A stretch of DNA of 64,000 nt from Chitinophaga pinensis (GTDB lineage: Bacteria; Bacteroidota; Bacteroidia; UBA4408), in NCBI GenBank assembly GCA_945861665.1, contig CAMAVS010000007.1, positions 7,277 through 71,276 on the forward strand. The letters run 5' to 3'. A program made the translations under genes and the position numbers. The notes below the pieces were generated by a model. It worked only from the letters and a program-made list of their open reading frames with translations, made no database searches and was not told the origin of the DNA. Below are positions 28,598 through 38,808 of the stretch, piece by piece. Every line of letters starts with the position of its first letter. Position 1 is the first letter of the stretch.

Positions 28598-29893
28598 ATG
28601 AATACAGCAGCAATAGCTTTAGAAGCCGAATTAAAAGTTTCAATTATGGCCGAAAGCTTAATTGGTTCGGAAATCATTAAACTGGCAGGAGAGATAAATG
28701 AAAAAATTCGAAACGGTGAAAAAATATACAATCTAACTATTGGTGATTTTAATCCGAAGTTGTTTCCTATTCCGGCTCTTTTAAAAAAAGAAATAATTGC
28801 AGCCTATACAAATGATGAAACAAATTACCCCCCGGCAGATGGTATTTTACAGCTTAGACAAGTATTGTCATCACAATTAAAAAATAGAATGAAGTTGGAT
28901 TACCCAGCTGATCAAATTTTAATAGCAGGTGGCGCACGACCTCTTATTTATGCTACTTTTCAAGCAATTGTTGATTCAGGTGATAAAGTATTATTTCCTG
29001 TGCCTTCGTGGAACAACAATCATTATTCACACTTGTCGAGTACGCAACAATTGGCTGTTGAGACCAAACCGGAAAATAATTTTATGCCAACTGCCGATGA
29101 GTTAAGGCCATACATTGGCGAAGCAAATTTATTAGCCTTGTGTTCACCACTTAATCCAACAGGCACTGTATTTACAGAAGCAGGATTAAAAGAAATTTGT
29201 GAGTTGATACTTTCCGAAAATAAAAAAAGGGTAGCCAAAGGCAGTAAGCCATTGTACTTAATGTACGATCAAATATACTGGACATTAACATTTGGAAACA
29301 CCTTACATTTCGACCCTGTTAGTATCTGCCCTGAGATGAAACAATACACTGTATTTATAGATGGATTATCGAAATCATTTGCTGCAACTGGTGTGCGTGT
29401 CGGGTGGGCTTTTGGACCAAAAAAGTTAATCGACAAAATGAAAGCTATACTTGGTCACGTTGGTGCTTGGGCGCCAAAACCTGAACAAGTTGCGAGTGCA
29501 AATTATATGAAACACGAAAATGAAGTTGATTCATTTTTAGTAGAGATAAAAGGGAAAATAAGTTCTCGACTGGATGCGATTTACAAAGGGGTAATTTTAT
29601 TAAAAAATGAAGGTTATCCTATTAACGCAATTCCTCCACAAGCTGCATTGTATTTAACTGTTCAACTAAATTTAGTAGGTGCGAAAACAATGGATGGCAA
29701 TATTTTAAGCAACAGCAAAGAAGTAAATAAATACATACTGGATGAAGCAAAAATTGGAATCGTTCCTTTTTCTGCCTTTGGCTCTTCGTCCGATTCAACC
29801 TGGTACAGAATTTCTGTTGGCACATGCACTTTGGAAGAAATACCACAACTTGTTTCAAATTTAAAAAATGCTTTAAGGAAATTACAATTTTAG
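28598..29893 (+). CDS. pyridoxal-phosphate-dependent aminotransferase, class I/II
   Basis: 431 aa; PLP-lysine context FIDGLSKSFAATGVRVGW; aspartate-aminotransferase-like fold features. Confidence 0.8.
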   Translation: MNTAAIALEAELKVSIMAESLIGSEIIKLAGEINEKIRNGEKIYNLTIGDFNPKLFPIPALLKKEIIAAYTNDETNYPPADGILQLRQVLSSQLKNRMKLDYPADQILIAGGARPLIYATFQAIVDSGDKVLFPVPSWNNNHYSHLSSTQQLAVETKPENNFMPTADELRPYIGEANLLALCSPLNPTGTVFTEAGLKEICELILSENKKRVAKGSKPLYLMYDQIYWTLTFGNTLHFDPVSICPEMKQYTVFIDGLSKSFAATGVRVGWAFGPKKLIDKMKAILGHVGAWAPKPEQVASANYMKHENEVDSFLVEIKGKISSRLDAIYKGVILLKNEGYPINAIPPQAALYLTVQLNLVGAKTMDGNILSNSKEVNKYILDEAKIGIVPFSAFGSSSDSTWYRISVGTCTLEEIPQLVSNLKNALRKLQF

Positions 29894-29905
29894 ATTCACT
29901 ATCCG

Positions 29906-30994
29906 ATGAAAAATAATTACTGTGTAATAATGGCAGGTGGCATAGGAAGTCGTTTTTGGCCGGTAAGTCGTGTTTCAATGCCAAAGCAATTTATTGACAT
30001 TTTAGGTACAGGCAAAACATTGTTACAACAAACATACGATAGATTTAAACGCATTTGTCCGAAAGAAAATATTTTTATTATTACTAATGATACTTACGAA
30101 AAAATTGTATTAGAACAACTTGTTGGCATAAACCCTAACAATGTATTATTGGAACCTGCAAGAAGAAATACAGCACCTTGTATTGCTTATGCTTGTTATA
30201 AAATTTCAAGTATCAATCCGAAAGCAAATATTGTTGTCGCTCCATCCGATCATTTAATATTAAAAGAAGATACTTTTATAAAAGCCATAAAGTCGTGTTA
30301 TAAAAAAGCAGAATCAGAAGATTGCCTGTTAACACTGGGCATTAAGCCTACTCGACCCGATACCGGTTACGGTTATATACAATTTGTAAACAGTCCGACC
30401 AAAGAGAAGGACATCCGAATGAAGAAGGTTAAAACTTTTACAGAAAAGCCCGACTTAGATATGGCTAATTTTTTTATGGAAAGTGGTGATTTTTTATGGA
30501 ACTCTGGCATTTTTATTTGGAGTGCCCGTTCCATTATTATAGCTTTTTCCATCCATATGCCCGATATAGCAATGATGTTTAAAAACGGATTGAATATTTA
30601 CAATACAACAAAGGAAAAAGAATTTATAAATGAAGTATATCCACAATGTAAAAACATTTCCATCGACTATGCTATTTTAGAAAAAGCAACAAATGTTTAT
30701 GTACGCTCATCTGCCATAGGCTGGAGCGATTTGGGAACGTGGGGTTCACTATACCAACACATAGAAAAAGACAAAAAAAACAATGCTATTGTAGGCAAAA
30801 ATGTAATGCTGTATGATTCAGAAAACTGCATTGTTAATGTCCCAAACAATAAATTGGTTGTATTGGAAGGTTTAAGCGGATACATTGTTGTTGAGTCGGA
30901 TAATATTCTTCTTATCTGCAAAAAGGAAGAAGAGCAACATATTCGCCAATTTGTGAACGATGTGAAAACAAAAAAGGGCGATAAGTATGTTTAG
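29906..30994 (+). CDS. mannose-1-phosphate guanylyltransferase (GDP-mannose pyrophosphorylase, no isomerase domain)
   Basis: 362 aa; N-terminal IMAGGIGSRFWPVSR…PKQF nucleotidyltransferase motif; length indicates transferase-only form. Confidence 0.85.
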   Translation: MKNNYCVIMAGGIGSRFWPVSRVSMPKQFIDILGTGKTLLQQTYDRFKRICPKENIFIITNDTYEKIVLEQLVGINPNNVLLEPARRNTAPCIAYACYKISSINPKANIVVAPSDHLILKEDTFIKAIKSCYKKAESEDCLLTLGIKPTRPDTGYGYIQFVNSPTKEKDIRMKKVKTFTEKPDLDMANFFMESGDFLWNSGIFIWSARSIIIAFSIHMPDIAMMFKNGLNIYNTTKEKEFINEVYPQCKNISIDYAILEKATNVYVRSSAIGWSDLGTWGSLYQHIEKDKKNNAIVGKNVMLYDSENCIVNVPNNKLVVLEGLSGYIVVESDNILLICKKEEEQHIRQFVNDVKTKKGDKYV

Positions 30995-31012
30995 GTTATT
31001 TTTTATTAATAA

Positions 31013-31381
31013 TCACTCCGTTATTACACCACTTATTTCTACTTGACCTGCAGCAAAATCAACAGGAGTTTCACCAAACAATTCACCATTTTTATATATA
31101 CGAGCAATGAAGGTTGCTTGTGAAGAATGGCTTTGTATTTTAAATGCAACAAAATCGCCTACCTTTTTTTTGTAAATAAGTGAGTTCCAATTTGTATTAC
31201 TAAGTGGGCCCTCCGTTTTTGTTATTCCACCATCGGTTGTATAATTTACAGTAAAAGCGCCACCCGTAGTTGATGTCTGTTTGACGGTATACACAATTGA
31301 TACCGTTGAACCCTCTTTGTTACAGGCACTGACAAAAACAATCCATGAAAGGGCCAATAAAAAGAGGAAGTATTTTTTCAA
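31013..31381 (-). CDS. hypothetical lipoprotein
   Basis: 122 aa; signal peptide with VSAC lipobox. Confidence 0.4.
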   Translation of the reverse strand: MKKYFLFLLALSWIVFVSACNKEGSTVSIVYTVKQTSTTGGAFTVNYTTDGGITKTEGPLSNTNWNSLIYKKKVGDFVAFKIQSHSSQATFIARIYKNGELFGETPVDFAAGQVEISGVITE

Positions 31382-31391
31382 AACGAAGGGA

Positions 31392-32708
31392 TTATTTTAG
31401 CCCGTATTTTTGCTTGTACTTGTTGTATAATTGAAGCTGTTCATTTGGCAGTTCAACCTCTTTGCCGTCAATAAATGCCTTTACAACATTGTTGCTTATC
31501 ATATCCAAAGCATCTCCTTCAGAAATAAAGAAAGTCGCCTGCTTATTTTCTTCCAATACACCAACTCTATCCTCAATCCCTAAAATTTTTGCAGTATTCG
31601 ATGTGATAAGCATCAATGCTTCTTCCTTAGTAAGTCCATAAGCTACTGTTGTTCCCGCCTGAAAAGGCAAATTCCTTGTCCCCATTGCTTCCATACCACC
31701 TTCGTTGGTAAGGCAAACAAGAACTCCTGCTTTAAATAATTCAGCCGCTCTTTTGTATGGCAAGTCAACATCATCATCAATGTTCTCAGGCAACTCGTGC
31801 ACGCGTGCTAAAATTACAGGAACATTGTTTTCCTTTAAAATGGCTGTTGCTAAATAGGCATCACGGGCACCTACCAACACATATTTTTTAATTTCAAATT
31901 TCTTGGTAAATGCAATTACTTCTATAATATCTTTTAACGAGTTTGTGTGTACATATAATATTTTCTCTCCAGTTATGATCCCCTTCATCGCTTCAAAACG
32001 AATATTTTTTTCATCGTGCACAATTTGACTATAAGCCTTCGCATCAGCAAAAAAATTTGTTACATTGCTAATACTTGTGTTGTAATTTTTAACACGCTCA
32101 TTGTAGGATTGATCCGTTTCTCTTATTATTTTTGGAGCATTCATTTCAGGCCAATTAAGATGTATCCCATCATCCGCCTTCAGCACAGCATCTTCCCAGT
32201 TCCAACCATCCAGCTTCATAATGGAAGATGAACCTGATATTAAACCTCCACGGGGGCTTGCCTGAACCAATAAAATCCCGTTTGTGCGTATGGTAGGTAT
32301 TATTTTTGAATCGGTGTTATATGATATTAGACTTCGAACATGTGGATTAATATATCCCACTTCACTAAAATCGTTTGTTGCTCGAACTGCATCTAATTCA
32401 TTCAATCCAATGGTAGAACTTGGTGCAATAATACCGGGATAAACGTGTTTTCCTGTAATGGTAATTCTTTCGTCAAACACACTTCCATCAATTCTTGCGG
32501 TGGCTGCATCTGTTATTAAAATAATCTTGCCGTCTTTAATTCCAATCAACGAGTTCTCAATCACCCTCCCATTGCCTAAATGGGCAATTCCCCCTTTAAA
32601 TAAAATTGCTTTTGTTGAAGGAGTAACTACTGCCGTTTGAGCAAAAGGCTTTAAGGCAGTAAACAGTATTATTGCCAAAATAAATAAAAGAGAGTATTTA
32701 ATCTTCAT
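31392..32708 (-). CDS. amidohydrolase family protein (secreted)
   Basis: 438 aa; signal peptide; metal-dependent hydrolase fold features; overlaps upstream 999-aa amidohydrolase gene by 11 nt. Confidence 0.7.
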   Translation of the reverse strand: MKIKYSLLFILAIILFTALKPFAQTAVVTPSTKAILFKGGIAHLGNGRVIENSLIGIKDGKIILITDAATARIDGSVFDERITITGKHVYPGIIAPSSTIGLNELDAVRATNDFSEVGYINPHVRSLISYNTDSKIIPTIRTNGILLVQASPRGGLISGSSSIMKLDGWNWEDAVLKADDGIHLNWPEMNAPKIIRETDQSYNERVKNYNTSISNVTNFFADAKAYSQIVHDEKNIRFEAMKGIITGEKILYVHTNSLKDIIEVIAFTKKFEIKKYVLVGARDAYLATAILKENNVPVILARVHELPENIDDDVDLPYKRAAELFKAGVLVCLTNEGGMEAMGTRNLPFQAGTTVAYGLTKEEALMLITSNTAKILGIEDRVGVLEENKQATFFISEGDALDMISNNVVKAFIDGKEVELPNEQLQLYNKYKQKYGLK

Positions 32709-35697
32709 TGTCTGTTTCTAAATCATCACAATCATATAATCTTGGCTTCTTAAAAATCACTTTTTGTGTTGGAGCGCCTTCCTTTTTGGTAATAATCATT
32801 TTTTGAATCAAGCGATTTCTTTCCACTGCAATTTGCTCTCTCATTTTTTTATCTTGTTGCGCATCAAAATAACATACCCCATCTACAAATGTTTTTTCCA
32901 CTTTAGCATAAACAGACAATGGGTTGTCTGACCATAAAACAACATCGGCATCCTTGCCAATTTTAATACTGCCAATTTTAGTATCAAGGTGCAATAATTT
33001 TGCAGGATTAAGTGTTACTAATTTTAATGCATCTTCTTGACTAAGTCCACCGTACTTAACTGCTTTAGATGCTTCTTGATTTAATCTCCTTGCCATTTCT
33101 GCATCATCCGAATTAACTGCTGTTACAACACCCATTTGAGAAAGCAAGGCAGCATTGTATGGAATAGCATCTTTTACTTCAAATTTGTAAGCCCACCAAT
33201 CACTAAAAGTTGAAGCTCCTACTCCATGCTTTTTCATTTTATCGGCCACTTTATACCCTTCTAAAATATGTGTAAATGTATTTACCTTAAAGCCCATAGA
33301 ATCTGCCACATGCATCAGCATATTTATTTCGGATTGCACATACGAATGGCAAGTAATGAATCTCTTTTTGTTGAGTATTTCTACCAATGCATCTAACTCA
33401 ATATCTTTACGTGGAACAGCGCTACTGATTTTTAGAGCAGGTGATAATGCACTATACTTTTTCCATTTCAGTTCATATTCTTTTGCTCGTTGAAATGCAT
33501 CGTAGTAAACTTGTTCAACACCCATTCGTGTTTGCGGAAAACGAATAACATTTCGTGGTCCCCAATTGCTTTGTTTTACATTTTCACCTAAAGCAAATTT
33601 TATAAATCCATCTGCACCCTCTATTTTCATTTTTTCGGGTGCAAGTCCCCATCGCAATTTAATTATTGCCGACTGTCCGCCAATTGGATTTGCTGAACCG
33701 TGCAATAATTGAGATGTTGTAACGCCTCCTGAAAGTTGGCGATAAATATTAACATCATCAGAGGTAACCACATCACCAATCCTAACTTCGGCAGTGCTGG
33801 CTTGTGCCCCTTCATTCACTCCGTTGCTTATTGCTATATGAGAATGTTCATCAACAATGCCAGGACTAAGATGTTTTCCGCTACCATCAATTACAATTAC
33901 ATTGGCAGGAATTACTTGTATTGCAGGAGCTACATTTGCAATTTTTCCGTTTTGTATCAAAACATCACCTACAAAAATACCGGTACTTTCGTTCGACCAA
34001 ATAGTTACATTTTTTATAAGTACAATTTCTTGTTTCGGCTGATCTGTCCATCCATAAGCCATATTTGGAAAATATAGTTTTCCTATTTCTGATTTTACTT
34101 TTGCTGTATCCTTCTTTTCAACTGTCTTTATAGAATCTGAATAGCTTGCTATCCACTCAAGCCATTTCCCATCTTCCCACTGACCTTTTCCTTTAAAACC
34201 ATTTGTTGCTTTTTGATTCAATGCACCTGCCAAACGAATTGCACCCAGTTTAGTTTCAAAACTAATTCCTATGTTATTTCCATTGAGATTTATTTTTGCA
34301 TTGTATTTAAAAGTATCAATACTTACTATAGTTTGGTAGGCATTCAACTCTCCCGCTATTTTAAGTCTATAATTTTTTTGATCCAATAGTAAACTGTAAT
34401 TTCCTCTTAAATCAATTGTATTGTAATTTACTATTTCATACTGGATACCTTGCACCCAATTTTGATATATGATACATTTTTCATTAAAGATAGGAGTAGA
34501 AGTGATTATGAAGTTTGCAATCATCCCATCCTTTAATGCTCCAATTTTATTACCCATTCCCAGCATATTTGCTGGCGTATAGGTTAATGCCTTTAATGCT
34601 TCTCTTTCCGACAATCCCAATTCGATCGCCTTCAATATATTTTTTCGAAAATCTGCTTTGTCTTTTAAATCGCTTGTTGTAAGCGCAAATGGAATTTGCG
34701 CTTTTTCAAAAGCCATAGGATTGCTAGGAGCCATTTCCCAATTTTTCAGCTGGTCCAATGAAATCATCATTGCATCATAAGGATCAGAAACATCATAAGT
34801 CATTGGAAAATTAAGAGGTAAAATAAAAGCTGCTTTTGTGTTTTTTACTTCTTCTATTCTTTGGTATTCATCGCCTCCAGCTTTGATAATATACTGCAGC
34901 CCAAATTCATCCCCCACCTTATCGGCACGTAAAACAGAAAATTTATCTTGCGCTTCAAAAATTTGTGGCATTTTTTGCTGAGCAATCAATGCTTCCAACG
35001 AAAGGTTTTTTTCCCTTTTTGTTTTATCCAATGCATACCATTGAGCATCGTAATATGTTTGTCGTAGCAATGCAATGGAGCCCATTTGCGAAGAGGGGTA
35101 ATCTTGTCCTGACACACCTTTGTCAAAAGAGTAATTGGCAGTAACATTACTTGCAATCATCAAGTGATTTTCATTCCCATCTCCTAAACTTACTAAAGCG
35201 GAAGTACCTCTAACAATGCCATCTTTTTGTAAAGTTAGAGCTGTTCCAAAACCCAATTTTCTCATTTCAGTTGCCGATTGCGGATCGGCAACAAATAGCT
35301 TCGAAGCATCTGTTTCTGGCTTCACAGCTTGATTCCAGCAAAAAGCCCCCTTTGTATTTGATTCAATCTGTGGCTGTGGTGCAGAAGATGGTTTAGCATC
35401 GGCTATGCCATAATTAGAATATACATCTATAAAAGAAGGATAAATGTATTTCCCTGCTAAGTCAACAACAACTGCTCCTTTAGGTAGAATAATTCCTATT
35501 CCTACTTTCTCTACAATTCCATTTTTTACAATCAGTGTTGCTTTATCAATTTTAGTTTGATAATCTATATATACAGACGCATTTGTAAAAGCATACACCG
35601 TATTGTTTTTATTGTGTGTGCCATTAACAGGAAAGGTTTCCTGTGCTATTACGCTGCGACAAAATAAAACAACAACTCCTATTAGTACCTTTTTCAT
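32698..35697 (-). CDS. large amidohydrolase family protein with two amidohydrolase-like domains (secreted)
   Basis: 999 aa; signal peptide; two segments with metal-binding His patterns (…VDEHSHIAIS…, …ITCHSYVQSE…). Confidence 0.7.
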   Translation of the reverse strand: MKKVLIGVVVLFCRSVIAQETFPVNGTHNKNNTVYAFTNASVYIDYQTKIDKATLIVKNGIVEKVGIGIILPKGAVVVDLAGKYIYPSFIDVYSNYGIADAKPSSAPQPQIESNTKGAFCWNQAVKPETDASKLFVADPQSATEMRKLGFGTALTLQKDGIVRGTSALVSLGDGNENHLMIASNVTANYSFDKGVSGQDYPSSQMGSIALLRQTYYDAQWYALDKTKREKNLSLEALIAQQKMPQIFEAQDKFSVLRADKVGDEFGLQYIIKAGGDEYQRIEEVKNTKAAFILPLNFPMTYDVSDPYDAMMISLDQLKNWEMAPSNPMAFEKAQIPFALTTSDLKDKADFRKNILKAIELGLSEREALKALTYTPANMLGMGNKIGALKDGMIANFIITSTPIFNEKCIIYQNWVQGIQYEIVNYNTIDLRGNYSLLLDQKNYRLKIAGELNAYQTIVSIDTFKYNAKINLNGNNIGISFETKLGAIRLAGALNQKATNGFKGKGQWEDGKWLEWIASYSDSIKTVEKKDTAKVKSEIGKLYFPNMAYGWTDQPKQEIVLIKNVTIWSNESTGIFVGDVLIQNGKIANVAPAIQVIPANVIVIDGSGKHLSPGIVDEHSHIAISNGVNEGAQASTAEVRIGDVVTSDDVNIYRQLSGGVTTSQLLHGSANPIGGQSAIIKLRWGLAPEKMKIEGADGFIKFALGENVKQSNWGPRNVIRFPQTRMGVEQVYYDAFQRAKEYELKWKKYSALSPALKISSAVPRKDIELDALVEILNKKRFITCHSYVQSEINMLMHVADSMGFKVNTFTHILEGYKVADKMKKHGVGASTFSDWWAYKFEVKDAIPYNAALLSQMGVVTAVNSDDAEMARRLNQEASKAVKYGGLSQEDALKLVTLNPAKLLHLDTKIGSIKIGKDADVVLWSDNPLSVYAKVEKTFVDGVCYFDAQQDKKMREQIAVERNRLIQKMIITKKEGAPTQKVIFKKPRLYDCDDLETDNED

Positions 35698-35787
35698 ACA
35701 GTATTGAAGTACTAAAGTAATTAAAAATAAATAGGCTCTTTAAAAATTAATTATATTTTTGTATTTAAATAATCAAAAACATAAGCT

Positions 35788-36717
35788 ATGAAAAAAGAGA
35801 TACTTTCACTCGGTTTTGTTATTGCAATGAGCTTAACCTCTTTTGCGCAAGTAATAAATCTTGGTTTCGAGAATTGGACTCCCGGTGGTAATCCTCAATT
35901 TGATGAACCGGATGGATGGGCAACCTTTAATAGCGCATTATACCCAATAGGGGTAACAAATTATACTGCATCAAAAGGAACCCCCGCACAAAATGGTTCT
36001 TATGCTCTTAGGTTAGAAACAAAAGTAATAGGTGCGCCAGTAAACGATACTTTAACAGCATTTGCAGTTTGCGGATCAATGAGCATTATTCCTTTTCCTT
36101 TTGACATTAAAATAAAAGGTAAAGCATTGAATCAACGACCAATGTCCGTTTCGGGATTTTACAAATATGCTACTCCAGGTTTAACAGATACCGCTGCTAT
36201 GGGCGTTTTTGTAACAAAATGGAATGGTACTTCGACCGATACCTTGGGTATAGGTTCTGGTAAAGGTGGCCCGACAGCAAACTATAGCCCTTTCACTTTC
36301 AACATGTTTTATGACCCTCAATTTAACGGAGTAATCCCCGATTCTGTTTTAATATTAATATTATCAAGTTCAAACGATGTTTACCGTACAGTAGGCAGTG
36401 TGCTTTACATTGATAATTTAACCTTGAATGGAGTTGATTTTAGTACCGTTCAACTCCTTTCAAGTAATCCAGCAGAAAGTTACACTATTTACCCAAATCC
36501 TGCAAATGATGTTTTTAATATTGCAGCTGCCAAAATCGGAATGAATAGAGATTTCATCCTATACGATGCAATAGGAAGAGAAGTTATGAATATTAAAATA
36601 AATGATTTAAGTACTTCTGTCTCGGTTTCTAAACTACCTGAAGGACTTTACCACTATAAAATACTAAGCTCAGGGAATGATATTATCCACTCGGGCAAAA
36701 TAGATATTTTACGTTAA
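35788..36717 (+). CDS. T9SS type-A sorting-domain protein (unknown N-terminal domain)
   Basis: 309 aa; signal peptide; C-terminus …YTIYPNPANDVFNI…ILYDAIGREVMNIKINDLSTSVSVSKLPEGLYHYKIL… = Por_Secre_tail. Confidence 0.7.
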   Translation: MKKEILSLGFVIAMSLTSFAQVINLGFENWTPGGNPQFDEPDGWATFNSALYPIGVTNYTASKGTPAQNGSYALRLETKVIGAPVNDTLTAFAVCGSMSIIPFPFDIKIKGKALNQRPMSVSGFYKYATPGLTDTAAMGVFVTKWNGTSTDTLGIGSGKGGPTANYSPFTFNMFYDPQFNGVIPDSVLILILSSSNDVYRTVGSVLYIDNLTLNGVDFSTVQLLSSNPAESYTIYPNPANDVFNIAAAKIGMNRDFILYDAIGREVMNIKINDLSTSVSVSKLPEGLYHYKILSSGNDIIHSGKIDILR

Positions 36718-36737
36718 AAAAATTAGAATTGAAATAA

Positions 36738-36775
36738 AACAGCCTCAGAAAAATTTTTCTGAGGCTGTTTTATTC
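36738..36775. terminator. rho-independent terminator
   Basis: perfect 14-bp stem acagcctcagaaaa/ttttctgaggctgt followed by TTTTATTCT. Confidence 0.6.
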
Positions 36776-36803
36776 TGTAGCTTTGGCAATCAAAAAAAGA
36801 TAA

Positions 36804-37439
36804 ATGGAAGCACTAAAATATACACACATAGTATCGGCATTTTTATTTATGCTTATTTATATAGTTAAAACAACTATGCTTGTTTTAGATAAAAATGAAG
36901 CATTAACAAAATTTAAAAAAGCAACACGAATTCCCGAAATGATTGTAAGTACGCTGTTTTTAGTAACAGGAGTTTGGTTGTTTATTGAAATTGGCGATAT
37001 TAAATTCTTACAAATAATAAAATTGATATGTGTATTTGCTTCTATTCCACTTGCTATTATTGGATTTAAGAAAGGAAACAAAGCCCTTGCAGTTATCTCT
37101 GTATTGCTTATCATCATGTCTTACGGACTGGCAGAAATGGCTAAAAAGAAACCCTTCCCCGTTAAGCATATTGAAGAAAACACTACAAGTACAACCAATA
37201 TTAGTGATGACTATAAGTTTGGTGGAGATGTATACAAAGCAAATTGTGCTGTTTGTCATGGCTTAGATGGAATGAAAAGATTGGGAGGAGCAACAGACTT
37301 AAGTAAATCAATGTTGGATAAAAATGGCATTGTGGAATTAATTAACAATGGGAGAGGAAGTATGGCTGCTTACAAAGACCAATTAACTGAAAATGAAATC
37401 GATAAAACTGCCACCTTTATTTTATCCCTTAAAAAATAA
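36804..37439 (+). CDS. membrane-anchored monoheme c-type cytochrome
   Basis: 211 aa; 3-4 N-terminal TM helices then CAVCHG (CxxCH) heme-binding motif. Confidence 0.65.
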   Translation: MEALKYTHIVSAFLFMLIYIVKTTMLVLDKNEALTKFKKATRIPEMIVSTLFLVTGVWLFIEIGDIKFLQIIKLICVFASIPLAIIGFKKGNKALAVISVLLIIMSYGLAEMAKKKPFPVKHIEENTTSTTNISDDYKFGGDVYKANCAVCHGLDGMKRLGGATDLSKSMLDKNGIVELINNGRGSMAAYKDQLTENEIDKTATFILSLKK

Positions 37440-37448
37440 TTTTATACT

Positions 37449-38636
37449 TTGTTTGACACAGAAAGAAGAGAAGAGTCGTCCGTCCTGATTGGAATTATAA
37501 ATCAGCAGCAGGATGAATATACTTCGGAGGAATATTTGAGTGAGTTGGCTTTTCTGTCTGAAACCGCAGGATTTAAACCTGTAAAACGTTTTTCGCAAAA
37601 AGTAAGTAAGCAAGATCCACGTACCTTTATTGGAAGCGGAAAAATTGCCCTTATTGCCGAATACATCAAAGAACACAAAGTTGATATAGCTATTTTTGAC
37701 GATGAGTTAAGTCCATCTCAATTGCGAAATATTGAGAAAGAATTGAATTGCAAAATTCTTGATCGTACCACACTCATATTGGAAATATTTGCGCAACGGG
37801 CGCAAACAGCACACGCAAAAACACAAGTCGATCTTGCCTATTATCAATATATGTTGCCGCGACTGAAAGGGATGTGGACACATTTGGAAAGGCAACGAGG
37901 TGGCACAGGTACAAGAGGTGGTTCAGGTGAGAAAGAGATAGAAACGGATAAACGTGTTATTCAACACAAAATAACTTTGCTAAAAGAAAAGTTGGTTGAG
38001 ATTGATAAACAAATGTCGACTCAACGAAAAAACAGGGGCGACATGATTCGGGTTGCTTTGGTTGGATATACCAATGTAGGGAAATCAACAATTATGAATT
38101 TACTCAGCAAATCAACCGTATTTGCTGAAAATAAATTGTTTGCTACATTGGATACAACTGTACGCAAAGTGGTGATAGATAATCTTCCTTTTTTACTTTC
38201 GGATACTGTAGGTTTTATACGCAAATTACCTACCAATTTAATTGAATCGTTTAAATCAACATTGGATGAAGTGCGCGAAGCAGATGTGTTGATACACGTG
38301 GTAGATATTTCGCAGCGCAACTTCGAAGACCAAATGAATGTGGTGAACGATACCTTGCGCGACTTAAAAGCATTAGATAAAAAAACAATATTGGTGTTTA
38401 ATAAAATTGATGCTTTTAGGTATATTCAAAAAGAAGAAGACGATTTAACGCCTTTTACACGGGAAAACATTTCGTTAGACGACCTTAAAAAAAGCTGGAT
38501 GAGTAAGCTCAATAGCCCTTGTATATTTATTTCGGCAACCGACAAAGAAAACGTTGATGAGTTTAAAAACACCATTTACAATTTGGTGAAGGAGTTGCAC
38601 GTAAAACGCTTTCCTTATAATAATTTATTGTACTAA
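37449..38636 (+). CDS. hflX: GTPase HflX
   Basis: 395 aa; HflX N-domain + G-domain (GYTNVGKST, DTVGF, NKID motifs). Confidence 0.9.
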   Translation: MFDTERREESSVLIGIINQQQDEYTSEEYLSELAFLSETAGFKPVKRFSQKVSKQDPRTFIGSGKIALIAEYIKEHKVDIAIFDDELSPSQLRNIEKELNCKILDRTTLILEIFAQRAQTAHAKTQVDLAYYQYMLPRLKGMWTHLERQRGGTGTRGGSGEKEIETDKRVIQHKITLLKEKLVEIDKQMSTQRKNRGDMIRVALVGYTNVGKSTIMNLLSKSTVFAENKLFATLDTTVRKVVIDNLPFLLSDTVGFIRKLPTNLIESFKSTLDEVREADVLIHVVDISQRNFEDQMNVVNDTLRDLKALDKKTILVFNKIDAFRYIQKEEDDLTPFTRENISLDDLKKSWMSKLNSPCIFISATDKENVDEFKNTIYNLVKELHVKRFPYNNLLY

Positions 38637-38710
38637 TAAATTGCTTTAAACAAGCAGTATTGATACATTTGCGCATTCAACTTTTCCAACAAAGTTCTTT
38701 ATAAATATAT

Positions 38711-38782
38711 GGTTTCGTAGTTCAACGGATAGAATAGAAGTTTCCTAAACTTTTGATCCCAGTTCGATTCTGGGCGAGACTA
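38711..38782 (+). tRNA. tRNA-Arg (anticodon CCT)
   Basis: Manually folded: acceptor GGTTTCG/CGAGACT (two G-U), D arm GTTC-AACGGATA-GAAT, anticodon stem GAAGT/ACTTT with loop TTCCTAA (CCT), 4-nt variable, T arm CCCAG-TTCGATT-CTGGG, discriminator A; no encoded CCA. Confidence 0.75.
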
Positions 38783-38808
38783 CTTTGATTTTAAAAACGT
38801 TTTTTACT

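Noticed and set aside
38783-38808. Mobile element or integrase downstream of tRNA-Arg
   Set aside because: The next gene is an ordinary AI-2E transporter. No integrase, excisionase or att-like repeat is visible.
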